Source: Trypanosoma brucei
Lineage: Eukaryota
Length of the DNA: 64,000 bases
Direction: 5' to 3'
NCBI GenBank assembly: GCA_000002445.1
Contig: CP000070.1
Coordinates: 1,312,001-1,376,000 of the forward strand
The notes below the pieces were generated by a model. That model was not told the origin of the DNA. It was given only the letters and a program-made list of their open reading frames with translations, and ran no database searches. The position numbers were made by a program, and so were the translations under genes. This document shows positions 11,535-22,092 of this stretch, piece by piece; the first letter of the stretch is position 1; each line of letters starts with the position of its first letter.

Positions 11535-11905
11535 ATACACGTGGTTACGTTTGCGGGGCGGGTGAGTGTATTTACGTTGTTCCCCCAGCGAGTTGTCCTA
11601 GTGGGCGAGAACCAGAGCCACCGGCCGCGTCAGACTACATTAATATTCAACTCCATGCCATTATATTTCTTTATGGTTTTGTTGTCCTTTGCTTGCTAAC
11701 TGATTTTAACGGATCATCCGGAGTCTTTTTAATGTGTGCGTACACGTGCTGCACAAATAGTGTCGCTGCCATATGCGCCTGTTGGCGTTGTGCTGTGAGT
11801 TTATTTTGTGCCGTTTTCATTTGTTGAAGTAGGTTGCAACTTTTTTCACCTCTCCAATACGCATAACGGTTAACTAAATTTATTACTGAAAGGTTTCACG
11901 TAGTA

Positions 11906-12688
11906 ATGGTGTCACTGAAGCTCCAAGCTCGCCTGGCAGCGGACATCCTGCGCTGCGGCCGCGGCCGCGTGTGGTTGGACCCTAACGAAGCAGTAGAGAT
12001 TCGCAATGCCAATTCACGCAAGAGTGTACGCAAGTTGATCAAAGACGGTTTGGTAATGCGAAAGCCTGTTAAGGTGCATTCGCGCTCCCGCTGGCGCCAG
12101 ATGAAGTTGGCGAAGAGCATGGGACGCCACGAGGGTACCGGCCGCCGCGAGGGTACTCGCGAAGCACGCATGCCCAGCAAGGACCTTTGGATGCGCCGAC
12201 TTCGCATTCTTCGCCGTTTGCTTCGCAAGTACCGCGAAGAAAAGAAGATTGATCGGCACATCTACCGCGAGCTGTACATGAAGGCAAAGGGCAACGTGTT
12301 CCGCAACAAGCGCAACCTTATGGAGCACATCCACAAGGTGAAGAACGAGAAGAAGAAGGCTCGTCAGCTTGCTGAGCAACTCGCGGCGAAACGCCTAAAG
12401 GACGAGCAGAACCGCCGCAAGGCACGAAAGCAGGAGCTGAAGAAGCGTGAGAAGGAACGTGAGCGTGCACGCCGTGACGATGCCGCTGCTGCTGCCGCTG
12501 CCAAACAACGAGCTGCCGCGAAGAAGGCTGCCGCTCCCGCTGCCAAGAAGGGTGGCAAGGCTGTTGCCCCCGCCACTCCTGCGAAGGCCGCCCCTGCAAA
12601 GGCCGCCGCTGCGAAGGTTGCCCCAGCGAAGGCGGCTCCCGCAAAGGCCGCCAGCCCTGCCGGGAAGAAGGCAGCGGGTAAGAAGTGA
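11906..12688 (+). CDS. RPL19: 60S ribosomal protein L19e, copy 1 (260 aa)
   Basis: [28 protein letters not shown]...[24 protein letters not shown] is canonical eL19. Ala/Lys/Pro-rich C-terminal tail typical of trypanosomatid L19. ATG start. Confidence 0.95.
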   Translation: MVSLKLQARLAADILRCGRGRVWLDPNEAVEIRNANSRKSVRKLIKDGLVMRKPVKVHSRSRWRQMKLAKSMGRHEGTGRREGTREARMPSKDLWMRRLRILRRLLRKYREEKKIDRHIYRELYMKAKGNVFRNKRNLMEHIHKVKNEKKKARQLAEQLAAKRLKDEQNRRKARKQELKKREKERERARRDDAAAAAAAKQRAAAKKAAAPAAKKGGKAVAPATPAKAAPAKAAAAKVAPAKAAPAKAASPAGKKAAGKK

Positions 12689-12891
12689 AGGTTGCACCAC
12701 TGCTTCTAACTGATTTTGGTACTTTTCTTTTTATTGTGTGTATCTGCTATGTTTTCTCTTTTTATGATTGAAAATTCTGTAATGTATATTTTGGATTTGT
12801 TACTTCGTCTTGCACATTTCAGAGATGCATTTTTTTCCCGGTTGTCGTGGCAGAAGGAGGCCTTTTCTAGTGTAGGAACCGTTTAGGTGTG

Positions 12892-13248
12892 ATGTCTCAT
12901 GTCACAGCTGACCTCGAGTGTTTTAAGTGCGATATGTGCGGTGTATATCTTCACAAGGACATCTTCTGCAATCATAGACGTGAGTGTAAGGGTCCTCATT
13001 CAACAGAACTGAAGAAAAGTGAATGCCGTCAGATAGAAGCAGCGCTAAACGAAAAATCGAGAGAACGACTTGCGTTGCAGTCCGCTAGCGCAAGACCCCT
13101 TGTCCCTGCCGAACTCATGGAGTTACACCAGCAAGCGCGCATTCGGAGGGAGGTTGCCAACAAGTACGAGAGTGAGGTTGAGAGGAAAATTCAGGAGCGA
13201 CTTGCTCCCGAGAGGATGCTAGCTCTCGCTAAGTTTCTTGCGGAGTGA
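12892..13248 (+). CDS. Small hypothetical protein with Cys/His zinc-finger-like motif and coiled-coil tail (118 aa)
   Basis: Starts at the ATG right after the track's GTG. Cys/His cluster CFKCDMCGVYLHKDIFCNHRREC is followed by a charged, helix-prone segment. Lies between the two L19 copies on the same strand as all neighbours. Confidence 0.4.
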   Translation: MSHVTADLECFKCDMCGVYLHKDIFCNHRRECKGPHSTELKKSECRQIEAALNEKSRERLALQSASARPLVPAELMELHQQARIRREVANKYESEVERKIQERLAPERMLALAKFLAE

Positions 13249-13589
13249 AGATAGATGCCTTTTTTGTTCATTGCTCTTCCATCTGATGTCGGAAACCTGT
13301 GAGGTGATTGGGTGAGATGTTTCCATCCTTCTCTGAAAATGCGTGGCCAAATATTTCTCCCATCCCTCAGGTACGCATCTACGCCTGCCGCGGCCGTCGG
13401 ATGTCAGCATGCCGTGGTGGTAGTGAGGTTAGGGTTGTAACTGTCACCGATTCACGGCGGTGAAGGGGTCGATGCTTTCGTTATGTCTCCTCTCATTCCT
13501 CCCCCGTACCGACATCCCACCGTATCGCTCTCCACCCCCTTGTTTTTTGTTTAATTTGTAGCCAATTTTGCTTCATCTTATACCCGTAG

Positions 13590-14372
13590 ATGGTGTCACT
13601 GAAGCTCCAAGCTCGCCTGGCAGCGGACATCCTGCGCTGCGGCCGCGGCCGCGTGTGGTTGGACCCTAACGAAGCAGTAGAGATTCGCAATGCCAATTCA
13701 CGCAAGAGTGTACGCAAGTTGATCAAAGACGGTTTGGTAATGCGAAAGCCTGTTAAGGTGCATTCGCGCTCCCGCTGGCGCCAGATGAAGTTGGCGAAGA
13801 GCATGGGACGCCACGAGGGTACCGGCCGCCGCGAGGGTACTCGCGAAGCACGCATGCCCAGCAAGGACCTTTGGATGCGCCGACTTCGCATTCTTCGCCG
13901 TTTGCTTCGCAAGTACCGCGAAGAAAAGAAGATTGATCGGCACATCTACCGCGAGCTGTACATGAAGGCAAAGGGCAACGTGTTCCGCAACAAGCGCAAC
14001 CTTATGGAGCACATCCACAAGGTGAAGAACGAGAAGAAGAAGGCTCGTCAGCTTGCTGAGCAACTCGCGGCGAAACGCCTAAAGGACGAGCAGAACCGCC
14101 GCAAGGCACGAAAGCAGGAGCTGAAGAAGCGTGAGAAGGAACGTGAGCGTGCACGCCGTGACGATGCCGCTGCTGCTGCCGCTGCCAAACAACGAGCTGC
14201 CGCGAAGAAGGCTGCCGCTCCCGCTGCCAAGAAGGGTGGCAAGGCTGTTGCCCCCGCCACTCCTGCGAAGGCCGCCCCTGCAAAGGCCGCCGCTGCGAAG
14301 GTTGCCCCAGCGAAGGCGGCTCCCGCAAAGGCCGCCAGCCCTGCCGGGAAGAAGGCAGCGGGTAAGAAGTGA
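13590..14372 (+). CDS. RPL19: 60S ribosomal protein L19e, copy 2 (260 aa), identical to copy 1
   Basis: Protein is identical to 11906..12688. The antisense artefact ORFs are also identical, which implies the DNA is identical across the CDS. Period between copies is 1684 bp. Confidence 0.95.
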   Translation: MVSLKLQARLAADILRCGRGRVWLDPNEAVEIRNANSRKSVRKLIKDGLVMRKPVKVHSRSRWRQMKLAKSMGRHEGTGRREGTREARMPSKDLWMRRLRILRRLLRKYREEKKIDRHIYRELYMKAKGNVFRNKRNLMEHIHKVKNEKKKARQLAEQLAAKRLKDEQNRRKARKQELKKREKERERARRDDAAAAAAAKQRAAAKKAAAPAAKKGGKAVAPATPAKAAPAKAAAAKVAPAKAAPAKAASPAGKKAAGKK

Positions 14373-14661
14373 AAGATGACTCCTTTTTTCTTTTGTTAAT
14401 TCTTTTCTAAAGAACTTGCACGTTTTGTGCCCACTATTACCATCATCGTCTATTTCTTATTGTTATTCTGTTTCCATAATGATAACACCCGCTTTGGATC
14501 TTCCCCTGTTTTCAGGCTCATTGCTTTGTTGCGGCGGTTCGCGTGGCCGTTTTCAAGGAATAAATATTTGGCTATATTGTTGATATTAGGGTGAAGCGAC
14601 CATTTATTTGTTACTTTAGAACATTGTCTCTTCTGCTCGGGGCATCGTTTGACAGTTGTCT

Positions 14662-15744
14662 ATGATTCTATCCCTCGACATGAAAAATGCGCCCGATTCA
14701 CGATGTAAGTCATCGGGACACGGCGGTAAATGCCGGAAGGAGGGTAATCTTTCACGATCACAACACGAAAGTGCCACTCACACACCTGTGCGGGCACGTG
14801 GTCCCCGGAGGAGTACTTCTCGGTTAGTAAACGAGCGGTCGCCAAACAGGTGCGGTTGGGCTATAGGTGCTAGTGCGATGGAGGAAACACCGGAGATTCT
14901 GGGTTTGCGCCGCCGGGCTGAGGAGGTTGCTCCAATTTTGGGTGCTAATGTTTGTCAAATCCGTGATCTGTTACTATTACAGCGTGTAGCGATCGAGGTT
15001 GCTGAACGATTCTCCCGTCTGGAGGAGTGGTACGTTGCACAGTTGCGGGAGCGCTCCGAGTACTTGGAGCACCGCGTGACGCAGTTGGCGGAGGCTGCTG
15101 CTTCTCAGACCGCTTATTTAACCTCTGATAAGTCCCGAACACCGACGGCGGTACGTCACCGTCAAGGTTTAACCGGTAGAGCCGCGGGGATGAGTAGGCC
15201 CTCGCTCAGTTTTCGCAGTAGGTCTCCTTCGAGTAACGATGATGCTGGGAGGAGCGGTGGGGCCGCGCCGTCTTCCCCTTTCAAGGTCCAGCATTCAAAG
15301 AATTTAAACAGCTCGCGCATTCGTTTTACAGGGCGTTCTACCGCGTCACTGTTCGCTCTGCACTTTCAACCTCCAACTGTCGAACATAACTATAACAATT
15401 CGGCCGATACTTCTCGGGGGACGGGCCCCAACAGACGTCGGACTATGGATATGTTAGGACCTTGTGGGGGCGCAAGTGCCATGAGGATGAAACTAACGAT
15501 GAAAGACAAGCGAAAGTCACCAAGTTCAGGTTCCCACCAGAGGCGTCCTTCTAAGGGGGGTAGCGAATCCGAGGTGTACGATACCCTGAATGGTAGCAAT
15601 AGCAACAATAAGCAGATTAGTACACGGCGCGCTTGTGGTTCAACTATCTTGCTCTCAGTTTCAGATAGGAAGCACACACCACGTCGTGTGTTGCCCGCTT
15701 CCAGCAGACTGATTTATGCGGTCGATGCGATCGCACGGGAATGA
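14662..15744 (+). CDS. Hypothetical Ser/Arg-rich protein with N-terminal coiled coil (360 aa)
   Basis: Track start is TTG; first ATG at 14662. Helical LRRRAEEVAPILG...VAQLRERSEYLEHRVTQLAEAAA is followed by a long S/R/P-rich low-complexity region (RSRSPSSNDD, KRKSPSSGSHQRRPSKG). Confidence 0.45.
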   Translation: MILSLDMKNAPDSRCKSSGHGGKCRKEGNLSRSQHESATHTPVRARGPRRSTSRLVNERSPNRCGWAIGASAMEETPEILGLRRRAEEVAPILGANVCQIRDLLLLQRVAIEVAERFSRLEEWYVAQLRERSEYLEHRVTQLAEAAASQTAYLTSDKSRTPTAVRHRQGLTGRAAGMSRPSLSFRSRSPSSNDDAGRSGGAAPSSPFKVQHSKNLNSSRIRFTGRSTASLFALHFQPPTVEHNYNNSADTSRGTGPNRRRTMDMLGPCGGASAMRMKLTMKDKRKSPSSGSHQRRPSKGGSESEVYDTLNGSNSNNKQISTRRACGSTILLSVSDRKHTPRRVLPASSRLIYAVDAIARE

Positions 15745-16265
15745 TGCGTGTACTTTTTTTCTTTTCGTGGTTGGGTACTGAGAGGTCATTCATTTAGTGG
15801 ATGTAAGTTTTTTTTCGTTTTGTCGAATTACGAGGTGAACCATTGTGTGCCTTCATGGTATGACGCCGTGGTGCCCTTGTTATGCGTTGATCTCCTCTAG
15901 AGCAGGGAAAGAAAGAATGATCCATGTACAGAAAGGTCGCTATGGGTGGGATATTCTGTTTGTTTCTGATTTCTGTTTATAGAAAGCGTGTGCGTTTGTG
16001 TGATCGCAAATAAGACTCGTATAATATGTTGAAATATGTTTGCATAATGTGCAATTCTCTTTTTGTTGCATGTCTTTATGTTGCTGGTGTTATGCTTCTG
16101 TTATTACTTCCTGCTAAGATCTGGAAAGGACGGAACTTAGCCGTGAGGGAAACTGGAGAAACGCAGGAGGAGGTGTCGTACCTTTCGCAAACAAGGTAGG
16201 TAGCTCATTATAATCGCTAACTGATCGGGTGAAGAGGGTGAAAGGACGTGTGACGGCACACCGCG

Positions 16266-18140
16266 ATGGAGCAAACCAGCAAACCCGCTAACCTTCCTCC
16301 CTGTTCACCAAGACAGGCGGTGAAGAATATTCTTAGGGGTGTCGATAGCCACGTTCGGGTTATGTCCCATTTAGATAACGTGTCCACTTCTTCCAGTTAC
16401 TCGGCGGTGCGGCTGAAGAAGCCGAAAACGGATTCTTGGACGGAACCATTTAACGTGACCCGTGTGCATCGAGGTACATCTACGAATAGTTTCTACCAGG
16501 AGGTTATAGCACCGTGCGTGGCAAACTGTTTAGCTGGGCAGAGTTACCTGTTTTTAGTTAGTGGTCCCTGTGAAAGCGGTCGAAGTCAGACCCTCTACGG
16601 CAGTCCACACCATAAAACCAAGGGCGTCGTTGAACTTGCCGCCGAAGACTTGTTGGGCTATATGACCGGTGGTGCTGAGAACAACGATGACAACCCTAGT
16701 AGGGGGCAGCCAACAGTCACCCATTCCGCCTTTGTTACGCGCGGGTCACACATAAACGAAACAAAGACAGGCGAGCCCGTTCCTATTGTGGACTTTCCAC
16801 CTCCGCTGGGTCGCACTGCTCTTCCGCGCATGCAGTTGCTAGAGTCAGCTGCTAGCGTTGTACAAATACCCGAGCACAAGTATTCAGACACTTCTTGTAT
16901 TATTCAGTTTCAGGTTTATGTTCCGGTGGACACCCTAGGACGGCGTTCCATGGCCACACTAACCTTTGTGGACGCTGCAGCATTTCACTCGCAGCCGTGC
17001 AGTGAGGTTCGTCATCTTGTATCTACCGTGCGTCGGGTGGCGGGACTGTCTAACGGCGACGGCCCCAGTTTCGATCAGAGGAAACTGACGACTTTGCTTG
17101 AGCCTGCACTTATGGGTTATGTCACGCTAATGTCCATCACAACCATCAGTGGTCGAGATGACTTACACGAAGCGGCATGTGAAGCTCTGCGCTTCGCTGA
17201 GACCATTAGTCGGATTCATCAGGTTCTTATGTTAGTACACATCAACACGCCCAAGTGGTTCCTAGACACGGCGGAGAAAGTAGAGGTTCTGAGGTCCCAG
17301 CGTAATAAGATGCTGTCTGAACAGCATGCTCGCGGCGTGTATGACTATTACGTGACTGTCACCAAGTGGTTGTCTCAGCATGTGGCCGGCGCCGGTTGTA
17401 CGTTTGATAAATTACTTGAAGAAGTGGAGCAAATTCGTGAAGACCTTGCGTGTGAGATGAAGGAGAGGGTTAAAAGCGTCCAGGCATCTATACAAGAGGC
17501 TGAGAAACAGCACGCTCTTCAACTTGAGCGCACACGCAATGCCCACGCGATAACAACTTCACAATTGGACAAGGTAAAACGCTTAGACGAAACAATAGCC
17601 GCGCTTACTCAGAAGGTGACACAGCGAGATCTGTTCAACGACCACAAAATAAGCGAAATGCGTATCGAAATATCTGCTATTGAAAGCGAAACAGAGACGC
17701 GGAGACAGGAGTTGCTGCGGTTCGAAAATGAGGAGAGGCTGTACGGAACTAAATGCGCGGAGGTGATGGGGGTTCTTGAGAAATATTCAGCAGACCTTGC
17801 TAATTCCCAGATGCACTACGTGCTCACCGAAGAGATGAGTGCCATCGAAGAAAAGAAGAAACGCCTGGAGGCAGATCTTGCAACTGCTTCGCGTATTGCA
17901 CATATGGAGAGTGACAATTTCCGCGCTAATCGAGAGAAGAATTCACGCCTCTCACACCTGTCGGTGATGCAGCAGAAAGTTGACTCCCTTCGGGGACGTA
18001 TCTTAACAAACAGCGTTTCCCATACCATGAGCCGAAGCGCAAGCCACCTTAGCCCGCGTAGTCAGCCTGACGCTTCGCCTTCAGAGTCACCGGCGCAAAA
18101 GCGGCGGCGGTTCGCAAGCCCGCGGTACTCCGCTGTGTAG
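16266..18140 (+). CDS. Kinesin-like protein with degenerate nucleotide-binding motifs (pseudo-kinesin) plus C-terminal coiled coil (624 aa)
   Basis: The segment FNVTRVHRGTSTNSFYQEVIAPCVANCLAGQSYLFLVSGPCESGRSQTLYG aligns with the kinesin FxFDxVF...QxxVY...GYNxTIFAYGQTGSGKT. Here the P-loop is GPCESGRS, switch-I SSRSH is SDTSC, and switch-II LVDLAGSE is LTFVDAAAFH. C-terminal ~250 aa is heptad-rich (coiled coil). Confidence 0.55.
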   Translation: MEQTSKPANLPPCSPRQAVKNILRGVDSHVRVMSHLDNVSTSSSYSAVRLKKPKTDSWTEPFNVTRVHRGTSTNSFYQEVIAPCVANCLAGQSYLFLVSGPCESGRSQTLYGSPHHKTKGVVELAAEDLLGYMTGGAENNDDNPSRGQPTVTHSAFVTRGSHINETKTGEPVPIVDFPPPLGRTALPRMQLLESAASVVQIPEHKYSDTSCIIQFQVYVPVDTLGRRSMATLTFVDAAAFHSQPCSEVRHLVSTVRRVAGLSNGDGPSFDQRKLTTLLEPALMGYVTLMSITTISGRDDLHEAACEALRFAETISRIHQVLMLVHINTPKWFLDTAEKVEVLRSQRNKMLSEQHARGVYDYYVTVTKWLSQHVAGAGCTFDKLLEEVEQIREDLACEMKERVKSVQASIQEAEKQHALQLERTRNAHAITTSQLDKVKRLDETIAALTQKVTQRDLFNDHKISEMRIEISAIESETETRRQELLRFENEERLYGTKCAEVMGVLEKYSADLANSQMHYVLTEEMSAIEEKKKRLEADLATASRIAHMESDNFRANREKNSRLSHLSVMQQKVDSLRGRILTNSVSHTMSRSASHLSPRSQPDASPSESPAQKRRRFASPRYSAV

Positions 18141-18248
18141 CGGTGTCAGCTACGTTGCCTTCCTTTTGCTTTCCTTTTCATTCACTGTATCTTTTTTGGC
18201 GTCGGGGTACGGCCAACATACTGCAAAATAATGTTAGGTTCACACATG

Positions 18249-18266
18249 TATATATATATATATATA
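18249..18266. repeat. (TA)9 microsatellite
   Basis: Direct read in the intergenic region. Confidence 0.9.
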
Positions 18267-19170
18267 GAACTAGATCACCTCTCGCTTACGCGGGGAGTGC
18301 TTCGTGCGAAGAGGCGAAAATGGAGAAAAAGGATGCGCTTTTACGACGGGACAGGAGTTGTGGTCACCTCACCAGTGTTTGTTTGTACTATTATGAGAAA
18401 TGTTAGGGGAAATGAAGCAGAAGAGAAGGAAAATGTGGATCGGTAGATGAGACAGAGGTGAACTTAATTACTGTAAGTAGTTACTGGGTTTGTACGCTTA
18501 CTGTGTGTAGGGGAAAAGAGGGGTTTCCGACATTAGGCAGTGTGTGCGCGGTGGCAAGGGCGATTGCCACCTACGCACACGTGCCTCTATCCTTTGTATC
18601 CATACGTTTTAATGTGTCTGCATGGTGGGAGTGTACAGAGGGAGGTTGTTTGTGCCGCACTAACCGCGGCCATTTGTTTGTTCCATTTGTTGGATAGTAT
18701 TTATTTCCGCGGTTACGTAACTTGGGGGTGCATGTGTATGTGCTTCCTTCCCATAAATTGCGCTGTGTTGAACTACCTCCCTGAGTGGGGAAAGTTCTTT
18801 TTTTTGAATATTTCTTTATTTTTGCCAAAACAAAAAAACCTGCTTTATATTTTGACAGCTTGTTGCACTTGCAAGGGTGAAGCACTTGTGCTTTCCGTAC
18901 TTCACGGTAGGGGAAAGTTATAGGCAAAAGAAGCAACGCGGAAGGGGCTATTTTTCTCCCTTCGCGGTGAAGAGAAGGAGGGTAAAGGAGCAAACGGAAA
19001 AGCAGCCAAACTCAGAAGGAAAAAGCTTCAGGAAAGCCGTTGAGGCACGGAAGGTTAAAAAGAAACAACCCTATATTGGGCGGCTCAAGTGTATCTTGTA
19101 GAGGGTTTGGGTATTCACCAAGACTCTTGAGCTCAGTGCAGCGCCGCAGGTAGTGCGTTGGAGAGGGGTA

Positions 19171-22092
19171 ATGCACGACGGGTCGCAGCAAGATGCGTCC
19201 CACGGAGCGACTGCAATGAACAGTGGTGTGGTTCCGGATGGCCAGTGGAGGGTGGATGAAAATATCATTATCCGAGAGATACTTGCAATGAATACACTTG
19301 CCATGCAGAGGTGCGATACGGGGGCACTCGATGAATCAAGTAGTATTCTTACTGATGCCTACATGAAACTGCACAACGATACATCAACCGGTGAATCCCA
19401 GGGGTTAGACGCGGTACGTGCAACGACACTCAACAACCTTGGTGTTGTTGAATGCCACCGCGGGCAGCATCGACAGGCGCTAAGTCATTTCGAAGCCGCA
19501 CGGCAGTTGGAGGAGGCGTGGAGTGCCGCCTCCCCTTCCGTGGCTTTGAACAGCTGTGCTGCATATAATGCACTTGGAATGTATGACAAAGCCACGGCTG
19601 CTGCAATGGAAACTATCAATATGTTGCGCAGGTTGTTTGCCCAACAAGAGTTTCAGGGATCGCCTACCGGTGAAGTTGCTTCTACCCCCGGTGGAAGCTG
19701 TGGCGCACAACCTCAGAGCGATGGGATGAATGTTGCCAGTTCCGACAACGCAGCACTGTGGGGTGCCGCCTGGCACAATTTGGCGGTTGCGCAAATCAAC
19801 ACGGCAAAGAGCAGCACTGATCTGAGTGAGTACACCAATGCTGCGGCTCTGTTCCAGAATGCTATGCGTGCGACGCAAGAGTTGTTAGGGTATGACCATC
19901 CGATGACAAAGAGTGTGACGGAGACATACCGTGCGGTACGCAACGCGCTACGGACGCACGGCGTTTATAAACAACACCACACTCTCTTTACGGCACCTTT
20001 GAGGCCTGCGGACCCGCGTGATGAGGCGGATGATATGGAGCAGTATTTCAAGCAATGTGGCATCAAGTCGAGGAGACGGGCTTTGGAAAAGTATTACCGC
20101 GATTTGACCATCACGTTCTGTGGTGCTGTGACGAATGGAGTGAAACTGACTGAGCGGCTCGATCCCACTCCGTACCCCCTGGCAAAAGATGTGTCATTTC
20201 GCAGGAGTGGTCAAAAGGATTCACTGCGAATGTTGCGAGCAATACCGACGGGGAGCACTATTGAGAAAGCATGTCACCTGTACGGTAATCCACATCCTTT
20301 GCTATTTTCGTTACCGCCTGAGTACCGTGCAAGTGAGGTGGGGACTGCAAAGAGTATCCCAAAAGCTGCATCAGCTAATTCTTTTGCAAAAGTGCCTATG
20401 AAACCCAATGCTCTCGCAAGCTCCAGAAGACCACAACCGAAGCGTGAGCAGATATTTAACGAGGGGCAAAGGAGAATGCAAATTCAGTCGAATATGCCAA
20501 AGCAGCAGCAGCGCCAAATCGGTCCGCCATCGACTGTGGTGAACTATTCACGCGCACTACAGGAAACCCCGGGAGCTGCGCCAACTATTCCTCAGATTAC
20601 CCCTCTGAGTTACAAAGCGAGCATCGATGAGCACTGGCAACCACCAGTTAATCAAACTCCGGCACCTGTGAATTACAACTGGTCCGTTCAACAGCAGGCA
20701 CCAAATACTGTCCCAACGGCTCCGCTTGTTTACCAGCAGGCATCAGTTAATCAAACTCCGGCACCTGTGAATCACAACTGGTCCGTTCAACAGCAGGCAC
20801 CAAATACTGTCCCAACTGCTCCGCTTGTTTACCAACAGACGCCAGTTAATCAGGGTCAAGCACCTTTGAATCACAACTGGTCCGCTCAACAGCAGGCACC
20901 AAACGTTGTTCCAACGGCTCCGCTTGTTTACCAGCAGGCATCAGTTAATCAAACTCCGGCGCCTGTGAATCACAACTGGTCCGTTCAACAGCAGGCACCA
21001 AACACTGTTCCAACTGCTCCGCTTGTTTACCAGCAGGCACCAGTTGATCAAACTCCGGCGCCTGTGAATTACAACTGGTCCGCTCAACAGCAGGCACCAA
21101 ATACTGTTCCAACTGCTCCACTTGTTTACCAACAGGCACCAGTTAGTCAGGGTCAAGCGCCTGCCGTGGCCAGTCAACCCCCCCTGAACCAGATGCCGAA
21201 CGTTTCTCAAGGAGAATCATTTGATCACCAGCAAGGGATGAGTGGACGACAGGAACCTTTGCGCCAGCAAGAACAGCAGATGCTGGCCTCATGCCGCCGG
21301 CAAGCTCCCGCTGACCTTGGCCAGGGAGCTGCAGCCGACCACCGTTCGCATCAGGAGTCGGTCTCTAATAATACCCTGGTAGTTGGTGGACAGGAAGAAA
21401 AAAAGAAGAAGGACCATGTGCAACCTGTTCCCGCTGCACCCGCGGCTGTTCCTGCTGGGCCCGCGGTCGGTGAGGCTTCGAAGCCTGCAGCGGCGGTTCG
21501 AGGGCCCCTTCCACCCCTGAAATCACCACCAGGTGGTCGTGTGATAGCAAAGGCTGAGACATCCGATGGAGTTGAGGGAATCGTTAGTGCGCCACGCAAA
21601 GCTTCGTCCGGAGGGCAAACAGCGACATATGATGCACGGAGAGCCTACGAGCAAATAAAGTACATTCTACTGGCCGACCCACCGGCCGAGGCTTCCCGGA
21701 GAAAATCTAAGCAAGACCGTAGCAAAAAGGATTCTGTGCCTGCAAATGTGCCCCAACAGGAATGTGGCCCCTGGACCGATAACGCAGCACCCGCAGCCGG
21801 GGAGTCACCAACGGAGCATAAGCCTCACCGTCTATTTGATGCTTTATGGGTTTCGGGCGGGGGCCCAGCTGACCAGGCCCCGCTGCGCGTAGTTGGGAAG
21901 CCCAGCTACTTTGTGTCATCCGTCCTTGACATGCGCCAGGGTCAGGCGGAATTCCCTGAGGAGGTGATGCAGATGGTGGCGGAAAATAGTCGTTCCTCTT
22001 GTTCCGATGTGGAGGAAAGACATTCTCAGACGATGGGGCCCGCGCAACACTCATGCACTGAGGCTGGAATACCCACACATGATCAGTCATGA
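19171..22092 (+). CDS. TPR-like protein with Gln/Pro/Asn-rich 33-aa tandem repeats (973 aa)
   Basis: Track start is GTG; first ATG at 19171. The N-terminal third has kinesin-light-chain-like TPR helices (LNNLGVVECHRGQHRQALSHFEAARQLEE; WHNLAVAQINTAKSSTDL...LFQNAMRATQELLGYDHPMT). The middle has five full and one partial copy of VNQTPAPVNxNWSVQQQAPNTVPTAPLVYQQAx. C-terminus is Pro/Ala-rich. Confidence 0.6.
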   Translation: MHDGSQQDASHGATAMNSGVVPDGQWRVDENIIIREILAMNTLAMQRCDTGALDESSSILTDAYMKLHNDTSTGESQGLDAVRATTLNNLGVVECHRGQHRQALSHFEAARQLEEAWSAASPSVALNSCAAYNALGMYDKATAAAMETINMLRRLFAQQEFQGSPTGEVASTPGGSCGAQPQSDGMNVASSDNAALWGAAWHNLAVAQINTAKSSTDLSEYTNAAALFQNAMRATQELLGYDHPMTKSVTETYRAVRNALRTHGVYKQHHTLFTAPLRPADPRDEADDMEQYFKQCGIKSRRRALEKYYRDLTITFCGAVTNGVKLTERLDPTPYPLAKDVSFRRSGQKDSLRMLRAIPTGSTIEKACHLYGNPHPLLFSLPPEYRASEVGTAKSIPKAASANSFAKVPMKPNALASSRRPQPKREQIFNEGQRRMQIQSNMPKQQQRQIGPPSTVVNYSRALQETPGAAPTIPQITPLSYKASIDEHWQPPVNQTPAPVNYNWSVQQQAPNTVPTAPLVYQQASVNQTPAPVNHNWSVQQQAPNTVPTAPLVYQQTPVNQGQAPLNHNWSAQQQAPNVVPTAPLVYQQASVNQTPAPVNHNWSVQQQAPNTVPTAPLVYQQAPVDQTPAPVNYNWSAQQQAPNTVPTAPLVYQQAPVSQGQAPAVASQPPLNQMPNVSQGESFDHQQGMSGRQEPLRQQEQQMLASCRRQAPADLGQGAAADHRSHQESVSNNTLVVGGQEEKKKKDHVQPVPAAPAAVPAGPAVGEASKPAAAVRGPLPPLKSPPGGRVIAKAETSDGVEGIVSAPRKASSGGQTATYDARRAYEQIKYILLADPPAEASRRKSKQDRSKKDSVPANVPQQECGPWTDNAAPAAGESPTEHKPHRLFDALWVSGGGPADQAPLRVVGKPSYFVSSVLDMRQGQAEFPEEVMQMVAENSRSSCSDVEERHSQTMGPAQHSCTEAGIPTHDQS
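20647..21165 (+). repeat. 99-bp in-frame tandem repeat, 5 full and 1 partial copy, inside the CDS
   Basis: gttaatcaaactccggc(a/g)cctgtgaat(t/c)acaactggtcc... recurs at 20647, 20746, 20845, 20944, 21043 and 21142. Period is exactly 99 nt with a few substitutions per copy. Confidence 0.9.
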
